Translations under genes and position numbers: made by a program | Shown: positions 21,544-30,449 of the stretch, piece after piece | How positions within the stretch are numbered: the stretch's first letter is position 1 | How the letters are laid out: every line of letters begins with the position of its first letter | Origin: an uncultured delta proteobacterium | Lineage (GTDB): Bacteria; Desulfobacterota; Desulfomonilia; UBA1062 | Assembly (NCBI GenBank): GCA_963752595.1 | Contig: CAVVYZ010000030.1 | Span: forward strand, 109,372 to 173,371 | Direction: 5' to 3' | Length of the DNA stretch: 64,000 nt | Notes under the pieces: generated by a model | Databases searched by the model: none | The model's input: the letters and a program-made list of their open reading frames with translations, nothing else | What the model was told of the DNA's origin: nothing

Positions 21544-22689
21544 ATGTATATCTTTTCATCCGAAATTAAAGTGCCTTGTGGGTGTTGCCTAGGGGGATAC
21601 GGTGATTGTACTATCGATAATATAAATAAGGGAGGTTCTTTGCATGCAAATGGTCTCGGGTTCAAAGAGTCAGCAAATCCAAGATTTATTGAGGTTTGTT
21701 CGATAGATGCGTTGTATCCGGGTGATTTGGTAATGCGACAAGCTAACCCGATGATTCAGCGAATTTTCGCTGCGTCACATACGCACTTTGCGCCAATGCT
21801 TGATGCTACAAAACCAAGTTTAGGTCGGCACTCACCAGATATGGTTGCATCGTTTGAGCATGCAATCGAAGGTGCAACAAGAGAGAGAATTGAACCAAAT
21901 CAATGTCTAATTTTCAGAGGGGAGGTCAAGTTACCAATCTATCGTCGTTTTGATTACCCCAAATCATTTGTTAACAATGTGTTGACACGACATGCTGGTC
22001 TGTTTCCAAATGAAGCCCATGAAGTTGATAGAGGTATCTATATCTTTCTTTTTCTGAATGGTTCGACTAATTTATTTGTGATCACTTACCATGCGTGTCA
22101 TCCCGTAACTAGGCACGATATAAAAGCCGTGTCAGCAGATTATGTAGATGCAATCCGACACGGTATATTTGAACGTTTTGGAACATCGCATTGCTTGTTT
22201 TTCTTAGGATGTGCAGGGGATATCCGGCCCAACTTTGCAAAAAAAAGAGTGATGTGGTTTCCGAAAAACCGGTTTAATTGGCGATTTAAGTATCCACCAT
22301 CAGAGATGGATCAGGATGAAGCAGATCAGCAATATCTGAATGCTGTCTATACTGCGAGCCCAATAGCCTCATTTTCAGTGAATGGTTCCGATTTTATTTA
22401 CAAACTCCGAAATCTTAATGTGCATGGTGTTGGTAACATATCTGTTCCCGAAGTTCACATAGGGAAATACGTGATATTTTCTTTCTTTCCATTTGAAATG
22501 TCGCATCGTTTTCACCTGGCAACGCGCTTGAATAAGGCGATGCCTTTGAAATTCATAGTTTCCTGTTCAAATCATACGTTGGGCTATCTACCTTATCCAA
22601 ATCAGCTTTCTTCTGGCGGTTATGAAGTTGATGGTTCACGGAGAGATATGGGGCTTAAAAACCGGCTGCTCTTAAAGGAGACCTTTTGA
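21544..22689 (+). CDS. Neutral/alkaline ceramidase-like amidohydrolase, hypothetical
   Basis: LGGY, SIDAL, ASHTHFAP, YHACHPV, SADY, FLGCAGD, GYLP, GGYE motifs. Confidence 0.6.
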   Translation: MYIFSSEIKVPCGCCLGGYGDCTIDNINKGGSLHANGLGFKESANPRFIEVCSIDALYPGDLVMRQANPMIQRIFAASHTHFAPMLDATKPSLGRHSPDMVASFEHAIEGATRERIEPNQCLIFRGEVKLPIYRRFDYPKSFVNNVLTRHAGLFPNEAHEVDRGIYIFLFLNGSTNLFVITYHACHPVTRHDIKAVSADYVDAIRHGIFERFGTSHCLFFLGCAGDIRPNFAKKRVMWFPKNRFNWRFKYPPSEMDQDEADQQYLNAVYTASPIASFSVNGSDFIYKLRNLNVHGVGNISVPEVHIGKYVIFSFFPFEMSHRFHLATRLNKAMPLKFIVSCSNHTLGYLPYPNQLSSGGYEVDGSRRDMGLKNRLLLKETF

Positions 22690-23789
22690 TAAAAACAAGG
22701 ATTGCCCATCTAACTACGACACATGCAAGAGATGAAGTTCGTATTTTTCACAAAGAATGTACAAGCATTGCCAAAGATGGATACGACGTGCACCTTATTG
22801 TTGCTGATGGGAAAGGGTTTGATCAAGCAAATGACGTTAAAAGACATGGTGTGGGCCGTACCTGCGGCCGTTTTCAACGGGTCTTCATTCAACCCTGGAA
22901 GATATATTTGATGGCACGACGGCTTCATGCATCGATATATCATTTGCACGAACCCGAGTTATTATTCATTGCCCCACTGTTAAAGCGAACGGGCGCACAT
23001 GTTGTGTATGACAGTCACGAAGATGTGCCACGTGCAGTAATGGGGCGCGAATGGGTTCCACCATTACTTAGGCGATTGGTATCGTTTGCTTTTGAGTCAT
23101 TTGAAGACTGCATTGTCAGCCAGATATCAGCTGTTATTGCAGCCACGCCACATATTGCATCGCGTTTTTCAAAGATAAATTCAAGAACCATTACTGTGAA
23201 TAATTTTCCACTTCTTAGTGAGATGGTTGAACCGCTAAAGTCATGTAGGGATGCGGAAACGTTCTGCTATATTGGTGGTATGAGTCGGACCCGTGGGGTG
23301 ATCGAGATGATACATGCATTGGATCTTGCTAATGCACGGTTGATATTGGCTGGTCCATTTGAGAATGCGAACACAGAGCTTTCTGCAAGGGAATTGGCCG
23401 GTTGGTCGAAAGTGGACTTTCGTGGCGTTGTGAGCCGCAAAGAGGTTTATCAAATTATGGCTCAATCGTGCGCAGGGTTGATTTTATTTTATCCTGAGCC
23501 TAATCATGTCAAAGCTCAACCCAACAAAATGTTCGAATACATGTCTGCAGGTCTTCCCGTAATCGCGTCTAATTTCCCCCTTTGGTGTGAGATCATCGAA
23601 AGCAATAACTGCGGCCTTTGTGTAGATCCGCTTGATCCTAAGGACATTGCTGCTGCGATTGATCGCCTTGTAATGAATCCTGATCTTGCGCGGCGCATGG
23701 GTGAGAATGGACGCCAAGCAGTTTTGAATAAATATAACTGGTCTATCGAAGAAAAAAAGTTGAGCTCCTTTTATGATGCATTACTTTGA
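22686..23789 (+). CDS. GT4 glycosyltransferase
   Basis: RIFHKEC, HLHEPEL, YDSHED, QPNKMFEYMSAGLPVIASNF. Confidence 0.9.
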   Translation: MIKTRIAHLTTTHARDEVRIFHKECTSIAKDGYDVHLIVADGKGFDQANDVKRHGVGRTCGRFQRVFIQPWKIYLMARRLHASIYHLHEPELLFIAPLLKRTGAHVVYDSHEDVPRAVMGREWVPPLLRRLVSFAFESFEDCIVSQISAVIAATPHIASRFSKINSRTITVNNFPLLSEMVEPLKSCRDAETFCYIGGMSRTRGVIEMIHALDLANARLILAGPFENANTELSARELAGWSKVDFRGVVSRKEVYQIMAQSCAGLILFYPEPNHVKAQPNKMFEYMSAGLPVIASNFPLWCEIIESNNCGLCVDPLDPKDIAAAIDRLVMNPDLARRMGENGRQAVLNKYNWSIEEKKLSSFYDALL

Positions 23790-24002
23790 TCTTCTAAAAA
23801 TGAAGTAATTGAAGGTATAATTACTGGCTCAATAAAAAACATTGCAATCTCAGCCACGCGTACTACGCACGCCATGGAACTGATGTAATCCTGGATATTC
23901 GCATCATAACGATACAGCATTGATAACTAAGAAAAAGGCCCAACAATAATCCATCCGGAAGAAAGGAAGGGACAGAGAAAGAAGCCGGAGGATGATTACT
24001 CT

Positions 24003-25365
24003 GAGGCCTTTGCACAAATCCGGCAGTTCCGGGGCGAGACGCAGAGCCGATTATCAGCGATAATGGCATTTAATGCAATGATAATATTGATCAATTATGG
24101 TACATTCTTTCCATCTTGTGAATCAAGGGGAGGGATGGAATGGGATTCAAGGAGTACGAGAGGAACATGAGTTTTCTGGATCTTGAATTGAGCAAGACAT
24201 TGGGGTCTTCGAGGACGCAGCGGTTTTTGAAGGAGATCCACGATCATATCAGGTGGGAGCCGTTGGAACGTATCCTGAAGGGAGTCTACCCGGTGGGGAA
24301 GTCGGCAGTGGGCAACAGTGCCTATCCTCCGGTGATGCTTTTAAAGGCGTTAATGCTGCAGAAGTGGTTTGGGATCAGGAGTGATCCTGAACTGGAGAAC
24401 CAGATCAACGATCGGATATCATTCAAGGTATTCATCGGGCTGCCTTTTGGGAACCCATCTCCAGATCACAGTGTGATTTGTCGGTTTCGTGAGCGGGTTG
24501 GCAGTGGATGCGAGGCTGGTGAGATCGGCATCGAGCCCTTTAAGCAAGGACAAGCTTGAGAAGGTGCGTGAAGATCGGGAGCAGAAGGAACAAGAGGGGA
24601 TAGGCAAGCCGATAAAGTTCAGCCGGGATCTGGAATCTGACTGGACAGTGAAGAATGATAATCCGGTCTATGGGATGAAGGAGCATACGTCTATTGATGT
24701 AAAGAGCGGGCTGGTATTATCGATGGTGCTCTCGCGAGCATCCGAGCATGACACGAACTATTTACAGTATGTGGTAATCAAGGGGATTCATACAAAGAAG
24801 CTGCCGCCGAAGGTGTGGATAAGGGGTATCATGGGCAAGTAAACCGTGAGTTCTTGCATATCAATGGGATAGCAGACGGGATCATGCGCAAGGATGAGAG
24901 GAATGCAAAGCTGACAGAGCTTGAGGTAGAGCGAAACAAGATGATCGCGAAGGTTCGCTATAAGATCGAGCAGTATTTTGGGGTCACAGCCCTACACCAG
25001 GGAGCCTCCCGAGCCCGGTTCACCACTCTTGCCCGGGAGGGATGGGACAGAATCTGCCAGGTATTGCAGCGGCAATTAAAGAAATGAACATAAGCCTGGG
25101 CAAGAATCGTTTAGGATTCAGATGAATAATTGCCGCTACTATAATTGCGTTCAATATGAAGCGGTCATACTTTGCGGGGTTAAGGCAGCCTGCACATGCA
25201 ACGGCTTTCTAGGGACAGGTGTGTCCGGAGCATGGAAATACTACCGGATATGAGAGAATTGGGGATGATTTTGGCTGGGAATTGAGACCTTTTTCTTGAG
25301 AAACTGATGAAAAAATACCAATCACCCCCAGATAAACGCTTCTTGCCGGATTACGCAAAGGTCTC
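24003..25365 (+). mobile_element. IS5 family (IS1106-like ends) element, degenerate
   Basis: IRs GAGGCCTTTGCACAA / TTACGCAAAGGTCTC; LLKALMLQKWFGIRSDPELE, PDHS, YKIEQYFG; ~80-bp internal deletion near 24500, 4-bp deletion near 24815, MITE insertion. Confidence 0.9.
25064..25141. mobile_element. 78-bp MITE (copy 2) inserted in the IS5 transposase 3' end
   Basis: Comparison with the uninterrupted paralog at about 37830 (CAGGTTATTGCGTTC) shows a clean insertion with duplicated TA. Confidence 0.85.
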
Positions 25366-25376
25366 GGGGTATCTTT

Positions 25377-26015
25377 ATGTTTAAAATAGGTAGAGTTTTA
25401 GTTTTGGCACCGCATACGGATGATGGGGAATTCGGTTGTGGGGGCACGATAGCAAAGTTGATTGATGAAGGTAAAGAGGTTTATTATGTTGCTTTCTCTG
25501 ATTGCGAGAAATCGCTGGACCCCGGCATGGCACCGGATACGCTCGTTAAAGAATTAATGAGTGCCACAAAGGAATTAGGTATTCCGGAAGGGAATGTTCT
25601 TGTCAAAAAATATGAGGTCAGATGCTTCGGCAGAGATAGGCAGGATATATTAGAAGACATGGTATATTTTAACAAGCATATGAATCCTGACATAGTGTTC
25701 CTTCCATCACCTAAGGATCTGCATCAGGATCACAACACAATTGCAATGGAAGGGCTGCGGGCATTCAAACTGACTTCAACTATCCTCGGTTACGAGGTGC
25801 CATGGAACAACCTTTCCTTTAACACGACAAGCTTTGTGACGCTGAGCGAAGATAATATAAATAGAAAAATTGATGCATTAAAATGCTACGAATCACAAAC
25901 CAACCGTTTTTATTCATCTGGGCAATTCATAAGATCATTAGCCATAACACGAGGAACACAAATCGGTACACAATATGCGGAGACTTTTGATGTACTCAGG
26001 TGGATCATTAGATAA
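25377..26015 (+). CDS. PIG-L/LmbE family deacetylase
   Basis: LAPHTDDGEFGCGG and DLHQDH metal motifs; GYEVPW; YESQ. Confidence 0.9.
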   Translation: MFKIGRVLVLAPHTDDGEFGCGGTIAKLIDEGKEVYYVAFSDCEKSLDPGMAPDTLVKELMSATKELGIPEGNVLVKKYEVRCFGRDRQDILEDMVYFNKHMNPDIVFLPSPKDLHQDHNTIAMEGLRAFKLTSTILGYEVPWNNLSFNTTSFVTLSEDNINRKIDALKCYESQTNRFYSSGQFIRSLAITRGTQIGTQYAETFDVLRWIIR

Positions 26016-26062
26016 AATATGACAACGCCAACACAGTATACAACGTACATTGAGGATATGAC

Positions 26063-27397
26063 ATGGCGAGTATATTAGACAAAATTGAACTGCTAAGTTA
26101 TCAAGAGCACTATGAAAAAGTTGATAAATATTTACTGATCAATCAACTAAAATATGTAATGGAAAACAGCCTATTCTATTATGATAAATTCAAGAGTTCC
26201 CGCGTTAACACAATTCCGTCAATAGATGCGTTTTTAGATTTACCATTTACAGATAAGCGTGAAATTCTTGATGAGCAAGCATCATATCCCCCCTTTGGCA
26301 GACTGGCGATTGGCAATGATGTACGTTCGTTAAGAAGGGTTCATGTGACTTCTGGTTCAACTGGGAAACCGGTATATATCATTTTAACGGAGAATGATTT
26401 AGCGGCAACAGTTGAAGCTGGAGGAAGAGCTTTTAGGTGTGCTGGATTAACGCCTGATGATACAGTGATTCACTGTCTGAACTATTGCTTGTGGGCTGGT
26501 GGTGTTACAGACCACCTCAATCTGGAAGCGACAGGCGCAACGGTAATCCCTTTTGGCGTCGGAAATACGGTAAACCTCATACGAACCATTCGTGATTTGC
26601 ATCCGACGGCAATATCCTGCACACCATCATATTTATCGCGTCTTGAGTATGTATTAGAAAAAGAGTTCAACGTGCAACCGCCGGAACTTGGCCTTAAGAA
26701 AGCCCTCCTTGGCGGTGAGGGTGGCGTTCAAGATACCAAGGTGCGATCAAGAATTGAGACAACATGGAATTTGCGAGCGATTGATGCTAACTATGGCATG
26801 GCAGATGTGCTTAGTATCTTTGGATCAGAATGTGAAACAAGAGAAGGTATGCATTTTCATGGGCAGGGTATTCTTTATCTTGAACTAATTGAACCGGAGA
26901 CAATGAAAGTACTCTCTTTAGAAGATGGACAGGTGGGTGAAATGGTTTTGACAACTTTAAAAAGAGAAGCACAGCCTCTTGTCCGCTATCGAACTGGTGA
27001 TGTGGTGAGAATTGTCTCAACAAAACAATGTAAATGTGGGAGGTCATCATTTAGATTTGTCGTTATTGGAAGAACTGATGAGATGATTGTGGTGCGGGGT
27101 ATAAATGTTTTTCCATCCGTGATAACAAATATTTTATCAGAACGCCCCGATTGGTTCACTGGTGAATATGAATTTGTGTTGGACAATCCGCCTCCAATTG
27201 AAAGACCTCTTTTAAGAATTGAACTTAAGGCTACAAACATCAATGCGGCGGATAGAACTATTGAATCATTCATTCAAAGAAAATGTAGAGAGAACTATAA
27301 TTTTACGCCCCGCATCCAATTATTAACTATAGGCACCTTACCGAGGACGGAAGGTAAGTCCAAAAGGCTTAGAAGGGTTTATCAGGAAAAGGAATGA
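26063..27397 (+). CDS. Phenylacetate-CoA ligase (PaaK) family adenylate-forming enzyme
   Basis: LPFTDK, TSGSTGKP, CTPSY, GGEG, NYGMAD, PLVRYRTGD, GRTDEMIVVRGINVFPS, LPRTEGK. Confidence 0.88.
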   Translation: MASILDKIELLSYQEHYEKVDKYLLINQLKYVMENSLFYYDKFKSSRVNTIPSIDAFLDLPFTDKREILDEQASYPPFGRLAIGNDVRSLRRVHVTSGSTGKPVYIILTENDLAATVEAGGRAFRCAGLTPDDTVIHCLNYCLWAGGVTDHLNLEATGATVIPFGVGNTVNLIRTIRDLHPTAISCTPSYLSRLEYVLEKEFNVQPPELGLKKALLGGEGGVQDTKVRSRIETTWNLRAIDANYGMADVLSIFGSECETREGMHFHGQGILYLELIEPETMKVLSLEDGQVGEMVLTTLKREAQPLVRYRTGDVVRIVSTKQCKCGRSSFRFVVIGRTDEMIVVRGINVFPSVITNILSERPDWFTGEYEFVLDNPPPIERPLLRIELKATNINAADRTIESFIQRKCRENYNFTPRIQLLTIGTLPRTEGKSKRLRRVYQEKE

Positions 27398-27529
27398 AGT
27401 AAAAAAAGAGACATCGCTACAACCAATATTCAATGCCATTAGTAAGGTTTCTGACGCCATCGTGCCAATGGATCAAGTAAGTCTATGACATTATAAAACA
27501 GATAATCGTAATCAGGAAAAGAGGGATTT

Positions 27530-28420
27530 ATGCCTGTCACAAGTTCGGACGTAGCACATTTTTTAGAGAAAAAATTAAATGGGGCTTCCGTATCTATTGA
27601 TAAACCTGCTGATTTGAATGAATGTGGCTCGTCAGATATTGTGTGGGTCAAAAAGTTTAGTCCTGAGCGTTTAAGCATCTTGGAATCGAGGCGGCCAGGT
27701 TTAGTTATATGTGATGAGACAACATCTCAGAATACACTTGTTTCAAACATTATATCTAATAACCCACGCTTGGATTTTATCAAGGTTATGAACCATTTCT
27801 TTTCACGCCCACCCAAAATAGGAATTCATCCAACCGCAATTATTGAAGAAGGCGCTATATTAGGAAGCAACATAAGTATCGGTGCATACTGCTGTATCGG
27901 AAGCCAGGTGAAGATAGGTGATAATTGTGTGATACATTCTGGTGTTGCGATTGAAGGTAAAGTTCACTTGGGAAGACAATGCGTAATTAAATCAAATAGC
28001 GTGATAGGCGGTGAAGGCTTCGGTTTTGAATATGATGAAGATGGGAATCCAATACATTTCCCGCATATTGGAAGAATAGAAATTGGAGATGATGTCTGGA
28101 TTGGTGCATGTTCAACAGTTGAAATCGGTGCTCTCGGTGCAACAGTAATTCGTAATGGATGCAAGATTGATGATTTAGTCCAAGTTGGTCATAATGTCAT
28201 CGTAGGCAAAAATACGCTTATAATGGCCAATACGATAATTTGCGGCGGTGCGATTATTGGCGAAAAATGTTGGATTGCTCCTAATAGCGTTGTAAAAGAG
28301 AAAATCAGGATTGGCAATAGGGTGACTATCGGCCTTGGTTCTGTAGTAATCAGAAATATTGAGGATGACATCATAGTCGCTGGTGTACCGGCAGCGCCAC
28401 TTAAGCCTAAGAATAAGTGA
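27530..28420 (+). CDS. LpxD-like hexapeptide N-acyltransferase
   Basis: NPRLDF, IHPTAII, GGEGFGF, FPHIGRIEIGDDV, KIDDLVQVGHNV. Confidence 0.85.
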   Translation: MPVTSSDVAHFLEKKLNGASVSIDKPADLNECGSSDIVWVKKFSPERLSILESRRPGLVICDETTSQNTLVSNIISNNPRLDFIKVMNHFFSRPPKIGIHPTAIIEEGAILGSNISIGAYCCIGSQVKIGDNCVIHSGVAIEGKVHLGRQCVIKSNSVIGGEGFGFEYDEDGNPIHFPHIGRIEIGDDVWIGACSTVEIGALGATVIRNGCKIDDLVQVGHNVIVGKNTLIMANTIICGGAIIGEKCWIAPNSVVKEKIRIGNRVTIGLGSVVIRNIEDDIIVAGVPAAPLKPKNK

Positions 28421-28464
28421 TAAATAAACTTCCTTATTGATATTTTCGATAAAAGGAGAGGTAT

Positions 28465-29361
28465 ATGTATAGAATTAAAAGAATAGAGATTTGGGCATCT
28501 GAGATAGCGGAATACCTCAATAAGCCATTTGTGGGAAAGGATTTTATCATAAAAGATCTCCATTCCATTAAAACTAATAAATCTTTCATAAATCATTTAA
28601 CTGCAAACGATGAGATTAAAGATGATATTTTAGTGATATCTAAGGCGCCATTTGATCAACTGAAATGTGGAGGATACATAATATCAGAAAACCCAGATCT
28701 TGATTTAGCCTACTTGCTACGAGAATTCTTCACGGTTTCGTCAATCAGTGAAGTACATGAAACTGCAATTATAGCTGAAAATGCGAAGATTGGTCGCAAT
28801 GTCATGATAGGCGCAAACTCTGTCATCGGTGATGATGTTGTCATTGGCGACAATACAAAAATCTTGAATAATGTAGTTATAAATGGTCCCGCGGAGGTAG
28901 GCAAATTTTGTATAATTAAGGATGGTTCTATTATTGGCAGCGAAGGGTGGGCATTTATTAATGATGAAGATGGTATACCTCTACATGTTCCGCAAGTGGG
29001 CCGCATCTTGATTAAGGATAGAGTTTGGATTGGGTCAAATGCTACAATAGAACGAGCAATGATTGATGAGACGATAATAAGCGAGAATGTAAAAATTGAT
29101 GACCTTGTACATGTTGGTGGAGGATCTATTGTTGGGGAAAAAGCTCAATTGACCGCAGGCGTGGTGGTCGCCTACTATGTAAATATTGGCCTTTGTACAG
29201 TAATAGCACCCAATGTGGTCATTAGAGAGCATGTTAACATTGGTGATAATGTATTGGTTGGACAAGGGGCTGTTGTCATTTCTGATCTTGAAGGTGGTAA
29301 TGTATATGTAGGTAATCCGGCACGTTTTCTTAAGAAGAATGTAATAATACATGGACGGTAA
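28465..29361 (+). CDS. Second LpxD-like hexapeptide protein
   Basis: VHETAII, GSEGWAF, VPQVGRI, KIDDLVHVGGG, VGNPAR. Confidence 0.82.
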   Translation: MYRIKRIEIWASEIAEYLNKPFVGKDFIIKDLHSIKTNKSFINHLTANDEIKDDILVISKAPFDQLKCGGYIISENPDLDLAYLLREFFTVSSISEVHETAIIAENAKIGRNVMIGANSVIGDDVVIGDNTKILNNVVINGPAEVGKFCIIKDGSIIGSEGWAFINDEDGIPLHVPQVGRILIKDRVWIGSNATIERAMIDETIISENVKIDDLVHVGGGSIVGEKAQLTAGVVVAYYVNIGLCTVIAPNVVIREHVNIGDNVLVGQGAVVISDLEGGNVYVGNPARFLKKNVIIHGR

Positions 29362-29363
29362 AT

Positions 29364-30449
29364 ATGGAAAAGGATATATTTAAAGAAAAGATAACGCCTT
29401 TCCTCCAGGAAAGGCTTGCTAACCTCGAATCCTCTTATGGTAAAGAATCAGCCGCTTATAAAGGCCTTGCACTTCAATATGTAAGAAGTAACATGGAGAA
29501 TATTGAAACAGAAGAATGTAATTTGAAACATTATGAAGCGGGCCTGGAAGCACAAGAGTTATCAGATGGTGTGCCTGGAATTGAAAGATTATACAAAAAA
29601 ACCATAGTCGTTGAACCAACCCTCATTTGTCTTGCACATTGCCGGTATTGTTTGCGGAGTAATTATAAGAAACATACGCTTACAGAAAAACAACTTATTG
29701 AGATAGCAAAGTATTGTGGTAATGAAATGAATCGCATAAGTCTCAATGAAATGCTGATTACCGGTGGTGACCCCCTTATTGTACCGCAAAGGCTTGAGGT
29801 GCTTTTGAATGCCTTGATTGAATATGCCTCTAATATAAAAATTATCAGAATTGGTACGCGGGTGCCAGGTCACGACCCAAGAAGAATTGATGAAAGCATC
29901 GTTGCCCTTTTTAAAAATAAGCCCACATTACGATTTGAACTTGCCACTCAGATTAATCATCCCATAGAATTTTTCCCGGAAGTTCAAGAAGCCTTTAAGA
30001 AGATCAGTGAGTTAGGGGTTAAAATATATGCGCAAAATGTTCTATTAAAAGATGTGAACGATAATATCGATACGCTTAATGAACTATATAGCGAAATGAG
30101 AGGAAATAATATTGAGGCACACTACCTCTTTCATTGTATCCCCATGATTGGAATACATCACTTGAGAACCAGTATAGGAAAAGGATTGGACTTAATCAAA
30201 GAATTGGTCTGTTCTGGAAAAATCTCAGGCCGGGCTAAACCAATGTTTGCGGCTATGACAGACATTGGGAAGATTACATTCTATGAGGGAGTTATTCAAA
30301 AAAGAGAAAATGGACGTGTTCTTTTGCAAAGCAATTATCGTTATGTGGATAGATTGAAATGGAATCCATCATGGCAGCTACCCAAAACGGCAGAGATTGA
30401 TGAAAATGGTTTATTACGGGTTTGGTATGTCGATGGCGAAGACTCATGA
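29364..30449 (+). CDS. KamA-family radical SAM/PLP 2,3-aminomutase-like protein
   Basis: ITPF, CLAHCRYCLR, LITGGDPL, IIRIGTRVP, INHP.E, QNVLLKDVND, HYLFHC, IGK. Confidence 0.85.
   Translation: MEKDIFKEKITPFLQERLANLESSYGKESAAYKGLALQYVRSNMENIETEECNLKHYEAGLEAQELSDGVPGIERLYKKTIVVEPTLICLAHCRYCLRSNYKKHTLTEKQLIEIAKYCGNEMNRISLNEMLITGGDPLIVPQRLEVLLNALIEYASNIKIIRIGTRVPGHDPRRIDESIVALFKNKPTLRFELATQINHPIEFFPEVQEAFKKISELGVKIYAQNVLLKDVNDNIDTLNELYSEMRGNNIEAHYLFHCIPMIGIHHLRTSIGKGLDLIKELVCSGKISGRAKPMFAAMTDIGKITFYEGVIQKRENGRVLLQSNYRYVDRLKWNPSWQLPKTAEIDENGLLRVWYVDGEDS

Noticed and set aside
23790-24002. Unexplained purine-rich spacer before the IS5 copy
   Set aside because: Could be another element remnant, but I found no IR, repeat or convincing ORF to support a call
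27530-29361. Housekeeping lipid A lpxD
   Set aside because: Short, duplicated and AT-rich, and not in the bamA-skp-lpxD-fabZ-lpxA context
29364-30449. EF-P modification EpmB or lysine-fermentation KamA
   Set aside because: No efp/epmA or kam/kdd genes nearby, and the lysine-binding residues appear changed
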